Shown piece after piece: positions 25,601-39,100 of a stretch of DNA of 64,000 nucleotides (positions are counted from its first letter, which is position 1; every line of letters starts with the position of its first letter). The position numbers and the translations under genes are program-made. The stretch is from Octopus vulgaris (lineage: Eukaryota): the NCBI GenBank assembly GCA_951406725.2, contig OX597816.1:159960001-160024000 (forward strand). Direction: 5' to 3'. Below the pieces are notes generated by a model. That model was not told the DNA's origin, made no database searches, and worked only from the letters and a program-made list of their open reading frames with translations.

Positions 25601-28600
25601 ATCAATTTATGGTGCAAAAATAAAGAAAAGAACCACTTACTTATTTGATTGCTCTCCAGTTCGGTACAAAAAGGCATTTAGTGTTGCTCTGAGATCCTCA
25701 CTAATTTGTTCCTAGATTTAATAAAAAATTCAGATAATTAGAACAGTGAACAAGAAGTTTTTATGCTCAATGTTCAATCTAAGAAATAGAATTAAAAAAT
25801 GGTACTTAAAAGATAGTCACTAGAATGTTAGGGAGATTACTGTTAGTCTGCATTAAAAAGAGATAATTCAAATCAGGAAAGACATAATGAATAATGTAGA
25901 TCTACATATAGTAAGTTTGAAAAATAAAAATAAATGGGATGGCTATGTCTGGAATAACTCTGATCATAGATCTTCACTATCAAATTTATTTAAAATGACA
26001 AGCAAAAATCTGATATCAGCCAGAGTATATAACATGCAGAATTATGCACATCCCACATGTTTCAAATCCTATATAGGTTAGTTGGTGTCTAACTTAACCT
26101 TCATTCTTATTATTAACTTTGGATTAAAACATTTGATTCTTACCCGATTCCTTTTTTTCAGAAATGCATCAGATTCATCCACGAATAACAGTAACCTACA
26201 AATAAACAGTAAAGGAATAAACTTGAGTTTAAAAGTCTTCGGCAACTGAGGATATATTTTAGCTGATAAAATCAAGAGTGAGTATATGTATTGGGTTGTC
26301 CGGAAAGTTCATGCCGATTTTTAAAGGAAAGAAAAAGGTCAATAAGTACTTAATAAATAATTACATTTTCAATCAACCAAATATGAACCATTTTGTTGCA
26401 CAATGCGTCTCCATCTTTCCTTTAACTTGAAAATACCCTCTTCCCAGAATTGAGGTGGTTTCATGGCAGAGAATTTATCAAGGTATCTTTTTACATCATC
26501 CAAGGAATTGAAATTTTTACCATTAAGACTATTCTTCAGAGACCTAAATAAGTGGAAATCTGAAGGAGTAATATCTAGTGAATATGGAGGGTGGGATAAC
26601 ACATTCCAGCCGAGCTGCAGCAATTTTTGTCTGGTTCCAAAAGCATCAAGTGCTGAAAATGAACTTTCTTCTCTTCCATTTTAAAGGGTTACAGACTTAA
26701 CACAGGTTATAGGAACATAAACCTTCTTCCATGAAAAGATAGCTTAAACTATGCTCTAAATGGAGGTATAGTCAAATCCTATTTTATGGACTCAACCATG
26801 TTCTAAAATAAGTCGAAAGGTAAGCTACTATAAATCGGCATGAACTTTCCAGACAACCCAATATATTATACAAATTACACACACACACAGATATATGTAC
26901 GATGAATTTCTTTCTGTTTCCATGTACCAAATCCACTCACAAGGCTTTGGTTGGTCTGAGGCTATAGAAGACTATGGCCCAAGGTTCCTACAGTGGGACT
27001 GAACCTGGAACCAAGTGGTTGGGAAGCAAACTTCTTACCACACAGTTACACCTCTGCCTATATATATGAATTTTTTTTTTCTTGCATCCTAGGACTCAAA
27101 GAACTGGTTACCCAGTTATCATGGCTTATAAATAACCAAGATTACAACATTTCCCTTGAAAGTGACGCAAGTTCATTGTAGGATTCAAGGCCTGCAATTT
27201 TGAGGGAAGGGGACAAGTTGATTACATCAATCCCAGTGCTTGGCTCATCATCATCATTTAACATCTGTTTTACATGCTGGCATGGGTTGGACAGTTTGAC
27301 TGGGGTCTGGAGAGCCAGCGGCTGCACCAGGCTCCAATCTGATCTGGCAATGTTTCTACAGCTGGATGACTGGCATTTTATTTTATTGATCCAAAAGTGA
27401 AGTAAGGCAAAGTCGACTGTAGCAGGATTTGAACTCAGAACATAAAAAGCCAGAAGAAATGCTGCTAAACATTTTATCCAAAGTGTCAGTGTTTCTGTCA
27501 GCTTGCCACTTTATATGTGTGTGTATATTCATGTACATATTTGGCTCTATTAAGGACCCCATAACTTACTCTGGGTTGCAGTTAATGTCAATTTGAAAAG
27601 CTTATTTTATGATGAAGGCATTTGCTATGGTAATCAACTTGTGTTGATCCCAGTCATTAAATTGTTGGATAGAATGTCTCACAAAATTTGTTCTGACTCA
27701 ACAATCTGGGTTCAAATTCTACCAAGGTCAACCTTTTAGAGTCAATTTGGCAAATTGGCAGAACTGTAAGAATATTGAGCCAGATGCCTAGCTGTATAAG
27801 TTTTGTCTCATTGTGTTCCGAGTTCAAATCCTACCATGGATTACTTGGGTAGCAGACTTCATCCATCGACCAGTTTAACACTACCCCTCACCCCGGGCAC
27901 CAGTGCAGTTCCCTTTGCTACATACACTTCAAGCCAAGTCTATTTTGAGGCTGCCCTGCTCCTTCCCTATCAACTAATCTTGGAGACCCTGTATTGGGTC
28001 ATGGCCATACTACCCTCCCTCTTGTCTAAATGATGTTTTCTTCAGCCAGAAAGTATTTAACATAAAAGTTGTAGTCCTAAGTATTACATAAACTGTACCT
28101 TTTTAGACGTTTCAAAAATCATTTTTGTACACAATAATTGTCAGTGTTGAAAAATATCAAATGGTTTAGACAATATCAGGAAAGATATTTTTTTATGGTG
28201 TTACAGTTTTGTGAACCTGTCAGTCATATCCTTGACTGAACTTGTTGTCCATTCACTTAGACTGCTGAAACCACTGGACAAGTCATATATGTTATTATTT
28301 CCAACTACTACTGTCCTAAAAATTCTACATTTCATATCCACAGGAAGTAGTTAATGGGAAATAAATCCAGCAATACTTGAACTGAGTTTACGTACGAGAA
28401 AATTTTCAGGAGGATGTTAAGAATGACTAACCATAATTATTGAGGTTGCTAATAGGCTAATAAAGAGGCAATAGGGTTAAAAGAAAAAGAAATTCCTATG
28501 GCTTATTAAATCACAATTGTTTTCCATAATCCATTATTTCATACCTTGTATATGAACATATTAACATGTCTAACATTACTATTGTTATTATTATTATTTT

Positions 28601-30068
28601 GGTTAAGGTGGTGAGCTGGCAGAATTGTTAGCATGCCAGGCAAAATGCTTAGCAGCACTTTGTCTGTCTGCACATTCTGAGTTCAAATTCCGCTGGGGCC
28701 CACTTTACCTTTCATCCTTTCAGGGGTCAAAAAATTAAGTACCAGTAAAACACTGGGGTCAATGTAACCAACTAGTCCCCTCCTCAGCAAAATTTCAGGC
28801 CTTGTGCCTTTTACTAGAAAGGAATATAATTATTATTATGGTGGTGATCTGACAGAATCTTTAGCATGCTGGGCAAAATGCTTAGTAGCATTTCATCTGT
28901 TTTTATGTTCTGAGTTCAAATTCTGCCAAGGTGAACTTTGCCTTTCATCCTTTCGGAGTCAATAAATTAAGTACCAGTGAAACATTGAGGTTGATGTAAT
29001 CAACTAGTCCTCTCCACCAAAATTTCAGGCATTGTGCCTTTAGTAAAAAGGATTATTATTATGGTGGCAAGCTGGGCAAAATGTTTAGGTGCCTTTCACC
29101 CATCTTTACATTCTGAGCTCAAATTCTGCTGGGGTCAACTTTACCTTTCCCCTTTTTGGGGTCAATAAAGTACCAGTTAAACACTGGGGTTGATGTAATC
29201 GACTTAGTTCCTTCCTGAAAGTGTTGGTCTTGTACCAAAATTTGAAACTTATTATAAAAGTTAAAAAGATAAATATTTAGAAAGTCCAAAAAATTACCCC
29301 CTTCTGCTGGTTTTAGCCCAGTCAAACACTTTATGCATAGCTGTGACACCTTCTCGACCCATAGGAGCCACATCACCTCCAGTCATGATGGCATAGTCCA
29401 TTCCAGAATGTTCGGCAAGACTCTGAAATACAAAATGATACCCATTTTAAGACATTTGTCTTTAATAGTTCTAGATCCGTTTTCTCATGCTAGAATATAC
29501 AGAATGATGTGTTTGGAAAATGCCAATGCTGTCAGGATAATTGTTTTTACAAAACTTTGATTGGTTGGCTTTTGACATAAGCAGAGATATGTTGCAAATA
29601 AAACTTTACTTCAGCCTAAGTAATGAACAAAGGTTCTAACTTTAATGGTAAATGTACTTTATGCATACACACACACACATATATATATAAATCTTTAGTT
29701 AAATATATTCAATGAGAATATTATATACTGAATTTATATTGAGTGCTCAATTATAAAACTTTACTATTAAAGTATGTATATATTTAATACAAGTGATTAT
29801 ATACATATATATTTTTTAATAATATATTATTATTAATATTAGGAAATCAATATCAAAATCAGAAAGATATACACATATGAAAATAATTGTATTAAAAATA
29901 TATAAATAAATAAAAACGTATTTATACTTATACATATTTACATATATTTTTATACATATTTATATTTATATATTTTTAATACAACAATTATTTTCATACG
30001 TGTATATCTTTCTGAGGATTTTTGATATTGATTTCCTAATATTAATAACAATATATAATTTAAGAATA

Positions 30069-30110
<42 letters not shown>

Positions 30111-33100
30111 TACATAATCATTGTTCTTTAACGTCCATTTTCCATGATGGCATGGGTTGAGTGGTTCAACAGAAGTCAACAAGTTGAAGGATTGCATCAA
30201 GCTGCAATGTGTGTGTGTGGTGTAATATTTCTCATTGTCATTTAAACACGAACAACACTGTCACTAGTCATGTCATCACAGAAGATTGTGAAGAAACAAC
30301 ACTGCTTGTATGACAATTGTTCCTTTACAATTCGTGCACATCAAAACCAGGATATAAAATCACATACACACACTCACATATGTAACACATAAACACCCAG
30401 ACACATTTTGTAGCCTTACAAACTGCATGGAGACCTTACTAGTGTTGGTGGCATGAAGAAGCACCCAGTAAATGCTGAAAAATATTAGCATTAAAGAGAT
30501 ACAGCCAGAGACCATGCCAAAGCAAATATTGGTGCACAGGACAGTTCTTGGACCCAATGGATCCTGTCAAACTGTCCAACCCATATCAACACAGAACATG
30601 GATCTCAAATGATGATGATATATGATTGCTCTCTTTCAGTTTCCATTTGTCAAATTCACGCACAAAGCTTTGGTCAATCTGAGGCTAGATTAGAAAAACA
30701 TTTGCCCAAAGGTGAGGTGAAGTGGAACTGAACATAAAACATTCTTTTCTACTCTAGGCACAAGGCCCGAAATTTTGGAGGAGTTGGGGACAGTCAGTTA
30801 GATCAACCCCAGTATGCAACTGGTACTTTATTTATCGACCCCGAAAGGATGAACGGCAAAGTTGACCTTGGCGGAATATGAACTCAGAATGTAAAGACAG
30901 ATGAAATACCACTAAGCATTTCACCTGGCATGCTAACATTTCTGCCAGCTCACCATAAAACATTAGAAGGAAACTTGTTAACCAAACAGCCAGGCTTACA
31001 TTATTTTATTTTATTTTTGCCAGAGCAGCTAACTGACTTCCATGCCGGTGGCACTTAAAAAGCACCATTTGAGTGTGATCATTACCAGCGTCGCCTTACT
31101 GGCACGTGAAAAAACATTCGAGCGAGGTCATTGCCAGTGCCGCTGGACAGGCTCCTGTGCAGGTGGCATGTGAAAAAACACCATTTGAGTGTGGCCGTAG
31201 CCAGTACCGCCTGACTGGCCCTTGTGCCGGTGGCACGTAAAAGCACCCACTACACTCATAAAGTGGTTGGCGTTAGGAAGGGCATCCAACTGTAGAAACT
31301 CTGTCATATCAGATTGGTGCCTGGTGTAGTCATCTGGTTCACCAGTCCTCAGTCAAATCATCCAACCCATGCTAGCATGGAAAGCAGACGTTAAACGATG
31401 ATAATTATGATGATGATTTTCACTTTTCAAAAGAATTTAATCTCAAAATCTAAATGACTCAAGTTAAACACTAAAATACTTAATCTGCTAATCTACCACT
31501 CAATATTAAGTGTTAATCTATAACTAATCTCTCTCTATATAAACGGCAGTTTGTCTGTGCGTGTTTCTGTTTGCTTGTACCCTCACCCTGACCACGGCTT
31601 TCAACCGATTCTGATGAAACTTGACACACACATAGCCCAATGTTATAATTCAAAACTAACGCAGCGAAAATTTTGAAAAGTTCCCCCAGTTCTGAAAAAA
31701 ATCGATAAATTCGACATGGGGTCGAGAATCAGAAACACAAACCACAAACTGTCTAGGGGACGCAACTCCACCTTTTTCAAATCTCAAAAAAAAATTTACC
31801 ATCATTTTTTTCCATTTTTTTGCTATAACTCTCTAAAAATGCTTTATAGTTATTTCCCTTACAAACCTGAGCAACGCCGGTCTATAACTAATATTCTGTA
31901 AGCTTTTCTAAGAATACAAATTTAATATACACAAAGCATTATTCAAAACAAGAAAATCAAACAGAACAAAAAGCTATTACCTTAGCAAACATTGTTTTTC
32001 CAGTTCCTGGAGGGCCATACATAAGCAAGTTCCGATAATAACCTTTATTCTTTTTTGTGTGCTTAGTGGCAATGGCAATGTCTCGCAGTCGTCTTTCTAA
32101 ATCGGGCTGTTAAAGAATAATAAAAGGGTGATCATAATCATAATCTAACCATTTTGATAAACCCCCATCCCTGTTTTAAAGTGATTTTAAGTTAAAGCCT
32201 TCCATTAAAATCTCATAATTTATGCAGCAAAATAATGACAAGTTGTCTTAGTAAATTATTACGAACAAAAGCTGTGTATTTCAACAGAAATAAGGTAATG
32301 ACACAGCAAAACAACACTTAACCCTTTAGTATTCACATTATTCTGCCTAAAGTATTGCTTATTCATTCTCATTGTTTTGAATTAATCCTGTATTATTTTG
32401 TAGCTTTGAGAGTTTGATGAGGTAACTGTTAATTCTTAGAATGACATTGTAGGGTTTGTGTGAGAGGCCAGATCTGGCCAGTTTGAACATAAAACATTGG
32501 GAATATTTTGGCCAGATAAGGCCGGTTTAAATGCTAAAGGGTTAATAACAGCCAGGACATAGTAAAAAAAAAAACTATCAAAAAATATATGTTGCACTAA
32601 TAAAAAACTAGTGTAAATCTGGGTTCTTTAAGCCTTTTGATACCAACCTGGCTGAAACCGCCTCTGGCTCTGTAGTACAAATGTCTTGTTTTCATAAGTT
32701 TGGAATTAAAATTTTCCACCAAACCTTAGTCACAATTTATGTTCCTAACACTAGCTTAATTCTTTGTTATATTTAAAATAAATACAGTAATGAGAGGGTT
32801 AACTGTTAAATGGCCATCATTTAGTGAGGGTTGTTAATTTCCATGTCTTGGGGGGAATGAGGATATTGATGTTTGACCAAGTCACAAAATTCATTGTAAA
32901 ATTTTTTAATAACCACTATTAGTTTCTTCAGTCTGTGATTTTTACTAATTACTATAATTTAGTGCCGTTGGAGTCTCAGTCAGAACAACCTTGTCGGAGA
33001 TAATAATTCATTGTAGAACTGAAATAGCTAAAAGACTGAATCATTAGCTTATATGATTTTGAGCTTAAATCCACTGAAAATGTTTGTGTATTTATACCTT

Positions 33101-36100
33101 TCTGCAATGTATATTCACCTAGTATGATACATAGATAGTTGCTTCAATTTAATAGTGTTTCAGTTGCATTCATCAAGTTTTCTTCAGTTTGGCAAGCATT
33201 CTGCAATATCAGTGAATGGATTATTTACTGCTTCTTATATATTGAGGTGCAAATTTCATTTAAGCAATGTGACAGATGGATATATTATTGACAAGTTCCA
33301 AGAAAAGCGAAACATCTGATATTCCCATGAGTCACTGCTGCAATGATATTCATTTTCTGTTGATATAGCATTTTTAGCACAATATATCTATGAAAAGATT
33401 TTCTCTCACACAAAATCCACAGCAGCAAACCAGTCTATAGTATATATACATTTAGTATGATACAGAGATTGTCATAAAATTTCATCATAAGTACATGTTC
33501 AGCTAGATATCAGGTCCAGGTAGCAAATTGTTTGAGACTGTTACATAAAAAAAAAAAGCTAGAGTTTTGTCTAGAGAAATATTTACTCCGCATCATGTTA
33601 ATATCACACAAAGACACACATGAAACAGAAAAGCACTGGCTTCTTTTTGCATCTTATATGCACTGGAAATATCTACACTTTACATATAATATTTTCATGA
33701 GGAAATTCTCAGTCTTTGAGAAACAAAAGACAGAAGAAGACAAGTTGATTCACTTACCTGTAATACAATACCTTTTAAGGAATCCTCTGCTTTGCTGGCA
33801 ATACGCTTGTAAGTCTGGAAAAGAAAGGCAGGGAAATAAAGAAGTTTTCCTAACATTCAGTTATCTGCTTTATGTTCTTCAACATTTATAAATATTTTTC
33901 TAATAATTGAAAATTGAATGAATAAAATAACACGAATCTGAAATTCCTCAGATTAAAGATGAATGATTTTTGGTTGTTGGAGATGAAATGGTTCAAGAAA
34001 CAAAAACAAATAAGAAAGGAACGTAAATAACACAATAGAAAGATTATTAAAAATATGTATATCGTTAATTGTGGAGGTGCACTGGCCCAGTGGGTAGGGC
34101 AGCGGACTCGCAGTCGGAGGATCGTGGTTTCGATTCCCTTACCGGGCGTTGTGCTTATTGAGCGAAAACACCTAAAAGCTTCACGAGGCTCTGGTAGGGG
34201 GTGGTGGCGACCCCTGTTATACTCTTTCGCCCCAACTTTCACTCTTTCTTCCTGTTTCTTGAGTAACGCTGTGATGGAATGGCGTCCCGTCCAGCTGGGG
34301 GGAACACATACGCCACAGAAATGGGGAAACTGGGCCCATGAGCCTGGCTAGGCTTGAAAAGGGCACAGAAGAAGAAGATACGGTTAATTAAAGGACACTA
34401 ACTGATAAGGATCCTTACCTTAACGGGATGTTTTACAGTTTCTGTTAATGAAAATCGAGATGTTTCTCGAATCAGTGATGGCTTCCCTAACCTAGCTTGT
34501 ATGTAATTAGCTGCTACATTGGTACCATATTTTGCTGTGTATACTCCAATAGCCAACATTGTCAAACCAGCTACCTAGAAATAGAGATATGCATTCATTT
34601 AAAATTAATATTGTAACGAAGACATCAACAGATATAAAGAGTAGAATTCATTTTTAAGCATAAAAAAAAAAATGATAATCCTTAACTGAGTGGTGCACGT
34701 CGTATTCTCGAACAAGTTATTTCATTTCACACTGGTTCAGTTTATTCAGCTATGAATACCAGCTTAGTGGTACTGATGTAGTTATCTCTCCCTCAAGCAA
34801 TGTAAAAAAATGGGTATATCATTGACAACTTCCAAGAAAGGTGAAACATCTGATATTCCATATGAATCACTGCTGCAATGACATTCATTTTGTGTTGATA
34901 TAGCATTTTTAGCACAATATATCTATGAAAAGATTTTCTCTCACACAAAATCCACAGCAGCAAACCATTCTATGGCATATATGTCTGCTTGTGTCTACAT
35001 GAGCAAATGAAACAATTTGCAAAAGTATTGTACATGTTGTCAAATCATACTCATTTGTGTGTGACAGTTGGCTACACTTAAGACGAGCCATACTAAATCT
35101 CTATGTCCCTCTCCTCTCCTCTCACACTTATTCTCTCATCTCAGACCCTGCACTAAGCTACCTCATTCTTTCTCATCATAATTATAACTCTCTGAAATAT
35201 CCTCCCATCAAATTTTATCTGAAGACATTAACCCTATAACTGGCTAAACTGAACATAACATTGACCTCATTAACTGGGAAGAGAAAGTGTAAAGGTTACA
35301 ACCACTGCTCTTACTTCTCTAACAAACCTTTTTACAAAAGCAAATGATACAAAGCTTTATAAGCTTACATTTGCTTGATTTATCTATATCTTCTGTTGAA
35401 AAGCCCTCAAATTCAGTTTCACTGTTTGATAGCATGAAACTTATCCATTTTAAAAGTTGAAAAAAAAAAAAATCGCCAAAGAAAAACACGGAAAAAATTT
35501 TCTCCCAAAATTCAAACAGTTCAGATATCACATCAATGTCAGATACTGTAACTTGACTATTAACAAAATGAAATCATGTGTTTTCACAAATGTATTAATG
35601 AGATTTGTGCTTAAATTCACATTTAAACATAAATGGGTTCACTTGGCTGGCTTCAGCCAAGTCCATCATTTGAGCCAAAAAAATTTTTCAGTTGGCTGCA
35701 GCTGGGTTGGTAACAAAAGGGTTAAAGCAGTGAATGATATATAAACTGTGGTTCTTATTTGTAGCCAGGTGAACTGGGTTACTTCGAAGTTAAGTGTTCT
35801 GACCATAAACAAAACTCTGTAGTGGTGACAGGATATAAATCAGTGAATCCTTGGTTAGTTGACCACTTCTCTATCCATAGACTCAGTTCAATATATGCCT
35901 CTGTTTAAATACTATGTTGTGGTTGGTGGTGGTATTAAGAAGATAATCTGAAAATATTTCTTATGCAAGCCCTTAACTAATTGACTTTTTGTCTCAGTCA
36001 CAAAAGAAAGAAACAAAACAAATACATTTGAGAAAGAAAATGTAAAAAACAAAAAAAATGTCCTTACTGTAGCAGAAACTCTGTCCCAATCTTTAATAAA

Positions 36101-39100
36101 AGCCATGAAACCAGTTCCAAGAACATCACCAGCAGTTCTTTGTTGAAAAACAGAAAGAGAGAAATGTGTTACAAAATATTGCTTTTAGTAATAGAAACAT
36201 TCCAATAAAGCAAAAAGGTGCATGATTACTATCAAGATTTAACATCCACTTTTCCATGCTTGCATGGATCAGATGGGATTTGTAACATTCCTGTTACCAA
36301 CTCTCACTTGTTTCCAAGCAAGGTAATATTTCCCTGTGGTCAGACATATTCTCACAGAATATTGGAAATAAATTACAGTGACACTTGCTTACAACTATTC
36401 ACACAATGCCAAGACAAGGAGGCACAAACACAAACATAAACACACATAACAGGCTTGTCTAAGAAATCCACTCCCAAGGCTTAGGTTGACCTGGAGCAAT
36501 AATAGAAGACACTTGCCCAAGGTGCCAATCAGTGGCATTAAACCCAGAACTATGTGGTTCTGTGTGGTAAGAAGCAGACTTCTTACCACACAGCCACATC
36601 TGCTCCTGCATGCATATTTCTACTAGGTTTTTCATTCCACAGGTCACAGAAACTGTAGAGCAATCAGATATCCCCATTTTGTTCACACAAAGCCACAGGG
36701 TGCCAGCATTTGTGCACATTCATATGCACAATCATCAGCATTAAATGTCTGACTTCTATACTGACAGGATCCAACAAGGTAGAGGTCTGCATCAAACTCC
36801 AGTGTCTATTTGACATGGTTTCTCTGGCTAGATGCTCTTCCTAGTACCAACCATTTTATTGAGTAACTAGAGTACCTGTGACCCACTGAGTCACTGATTT
36901 GTTCATGCTATAAAACATTGAAGCTGATTTCAATATTACACTGAAATGAAAGTTAACTTCATGATGATTCAATTAAATATTTCAATTCGTTCATGTCATC
37001 ATAGGTCTGGTTTACAAGTTCATACTTTATTGATTATTTACTGCATCTAATACAAAATAGAACTTCAAGGATAAGCTTGAACTTCAGTAACAACATTTAT
37101 TTATGGCATATGTGCACACTTCTAAAATGTTAATGGAAACAATTTTCACAGTATTATATATTCCATTTCAGGTTGTGTTATTTTTGGAGTATTTTCCTAT
37201 TATGCGCCATTTTGGTTATTTTTGAAGGTACCTCCCAAAAAACATATTTTGGGAATCTGTGGTCCGACTAACATGAAACTTGTTTTATTTCATTTGTATT
37301 CACATTTCAGGAGTACCTTACTTTCAGAGCATTTTTCCATTATGTGCCGGTTTGGCTGTATTAAATTAGACAAGCGTGCAAGCAAGCAGCCACAGAGTTT
37401 TAGTAGTATTTAAACGAGCTTCACACAGTTTCTAATAAGCACATTCACTCACAGGCCTTATAATACCTTAGATGTAAAGATACTTAGTCTTGTTATATTG
37501 TATGTATATAAAACTGTATAGTTTTGCTATGTTATATGTTATGTTTTATATACAAGTAGGTGTGGCAATAGGCTCAGCCATGGCTGTGTAGTAAGAAGCT
37601 TGCTTCTCAACCGCACTGCTCCAGGTTCAGTCCCTGGCATCTTGTGCGAGTGTCTTCTATTATAGACCTGGGCGGACCAAAACCTTGTGGATGGATTTGG
37701 GAGACAGAAACTGAAAGAAGCCCATTATATATTTTTGTGAGTGTGTGACTGTCTCCTTGCTTCGACACTGCATGATAGTTGTAAATGAGTGTCACTGCAA
37801 TACAAGCGGTGTTGTTTATATTGAATATTCTGTGAAAATATGTCTGGTCATTGGGAAATATCTCACTTGAAAAACAGGTGAAGGTTGGCAACAGGGAGAG
37901 CATCCAGCTATAGAAAATCTACTTCAACAAATTTCATCTGACCCATGCAAAAGTGGATGTGATGGTGATGATGCTGACCATGTGTGAAATAATAATAAAT
38001 ACCAACTTACAAACACATAAACAGAAACTTACTCAATAGATTTCAGTATAGTTTCTCGATGCTCAGCTCCTTTCAGCTTGATCTCTTTCTGAATGAGATC
38101 CCAGTTTTCTCGATCTACTTTGGCCTTTTCTTGGATCTTGGCCCTCAACCTCATCATTTTGTGTTTGTGAAGGACATCAGCTTCATGCTCAACAGTGGCT
38201 GAAGAAAATAGTTATAAAATGAACAGGAATTTTGAAATTTAAAATGGAGGAGTAAGAAAAAATGTACATAAAAGAAAATATTGTGTGTACAGCTACAGGA
38301 ATAATGATAGTCGAGTGGGTTGTAGCTATGTACATATGTAAACATGTAGAAACCCCTTTATACATACAGGTATGATACACACATTTGTACTTTTTATGCA
38401 GCTGTTTTTTTTACACAAACACACATTCATTATTATTAAGGTGGCAAGCTGCCAGAATTGTTAGCATACCAGCTGCAATGTTCTGAGTTCAAATTCTGTC
38501 GAGGTCCACTTTGCCTTTCATCCTTTTGGGGTCGATTAAATAAGTACCAATTACACACTGGGGTTAATGTAACCAAACTTAATCCCTTCCCCCAAATTTG
38601 AGGCCTTGTGCTTCCAGTAGAAAGGATTATTATTATTGTTATTGTTATTATTATTATTATTATCAATAATAAAGCAGCAAGCTGGCATAATTGTTAGCAC
38701 ACTGGGTGAAATGCTTAGCAGCATTTTGTCCGTCCTTACATTCAAAGATCAAAGTCTGCCATTGTCAACTTTGCCTTTCCTATTTTTGGGGTCGATAAAA
38801 TAAGCACCAGTTGAGCACTAAGTTTGATGTAATCAACTTACCTCTCTCCCAAAATTGCTGGCCCTCTGCCAAAATTTGAAACCATTATCACCTCCACCTT
38901 AGTGAAGCTACGATATTGGTTTTACTTAACTCAACAGGTCTTCTCAAACATATCATATCACCCGACGCATCAGAGGTACTCTTAAACTGAACCAGACATG
39001 TGTGGCTGTGATCTCATTTTAGTTGCTGGCCCCTCTCAGTCACATCACATCTCCAAAGGTCTTGGTCTCCTGTCATTGCCTGAGCCTCACAGAGGCAATG

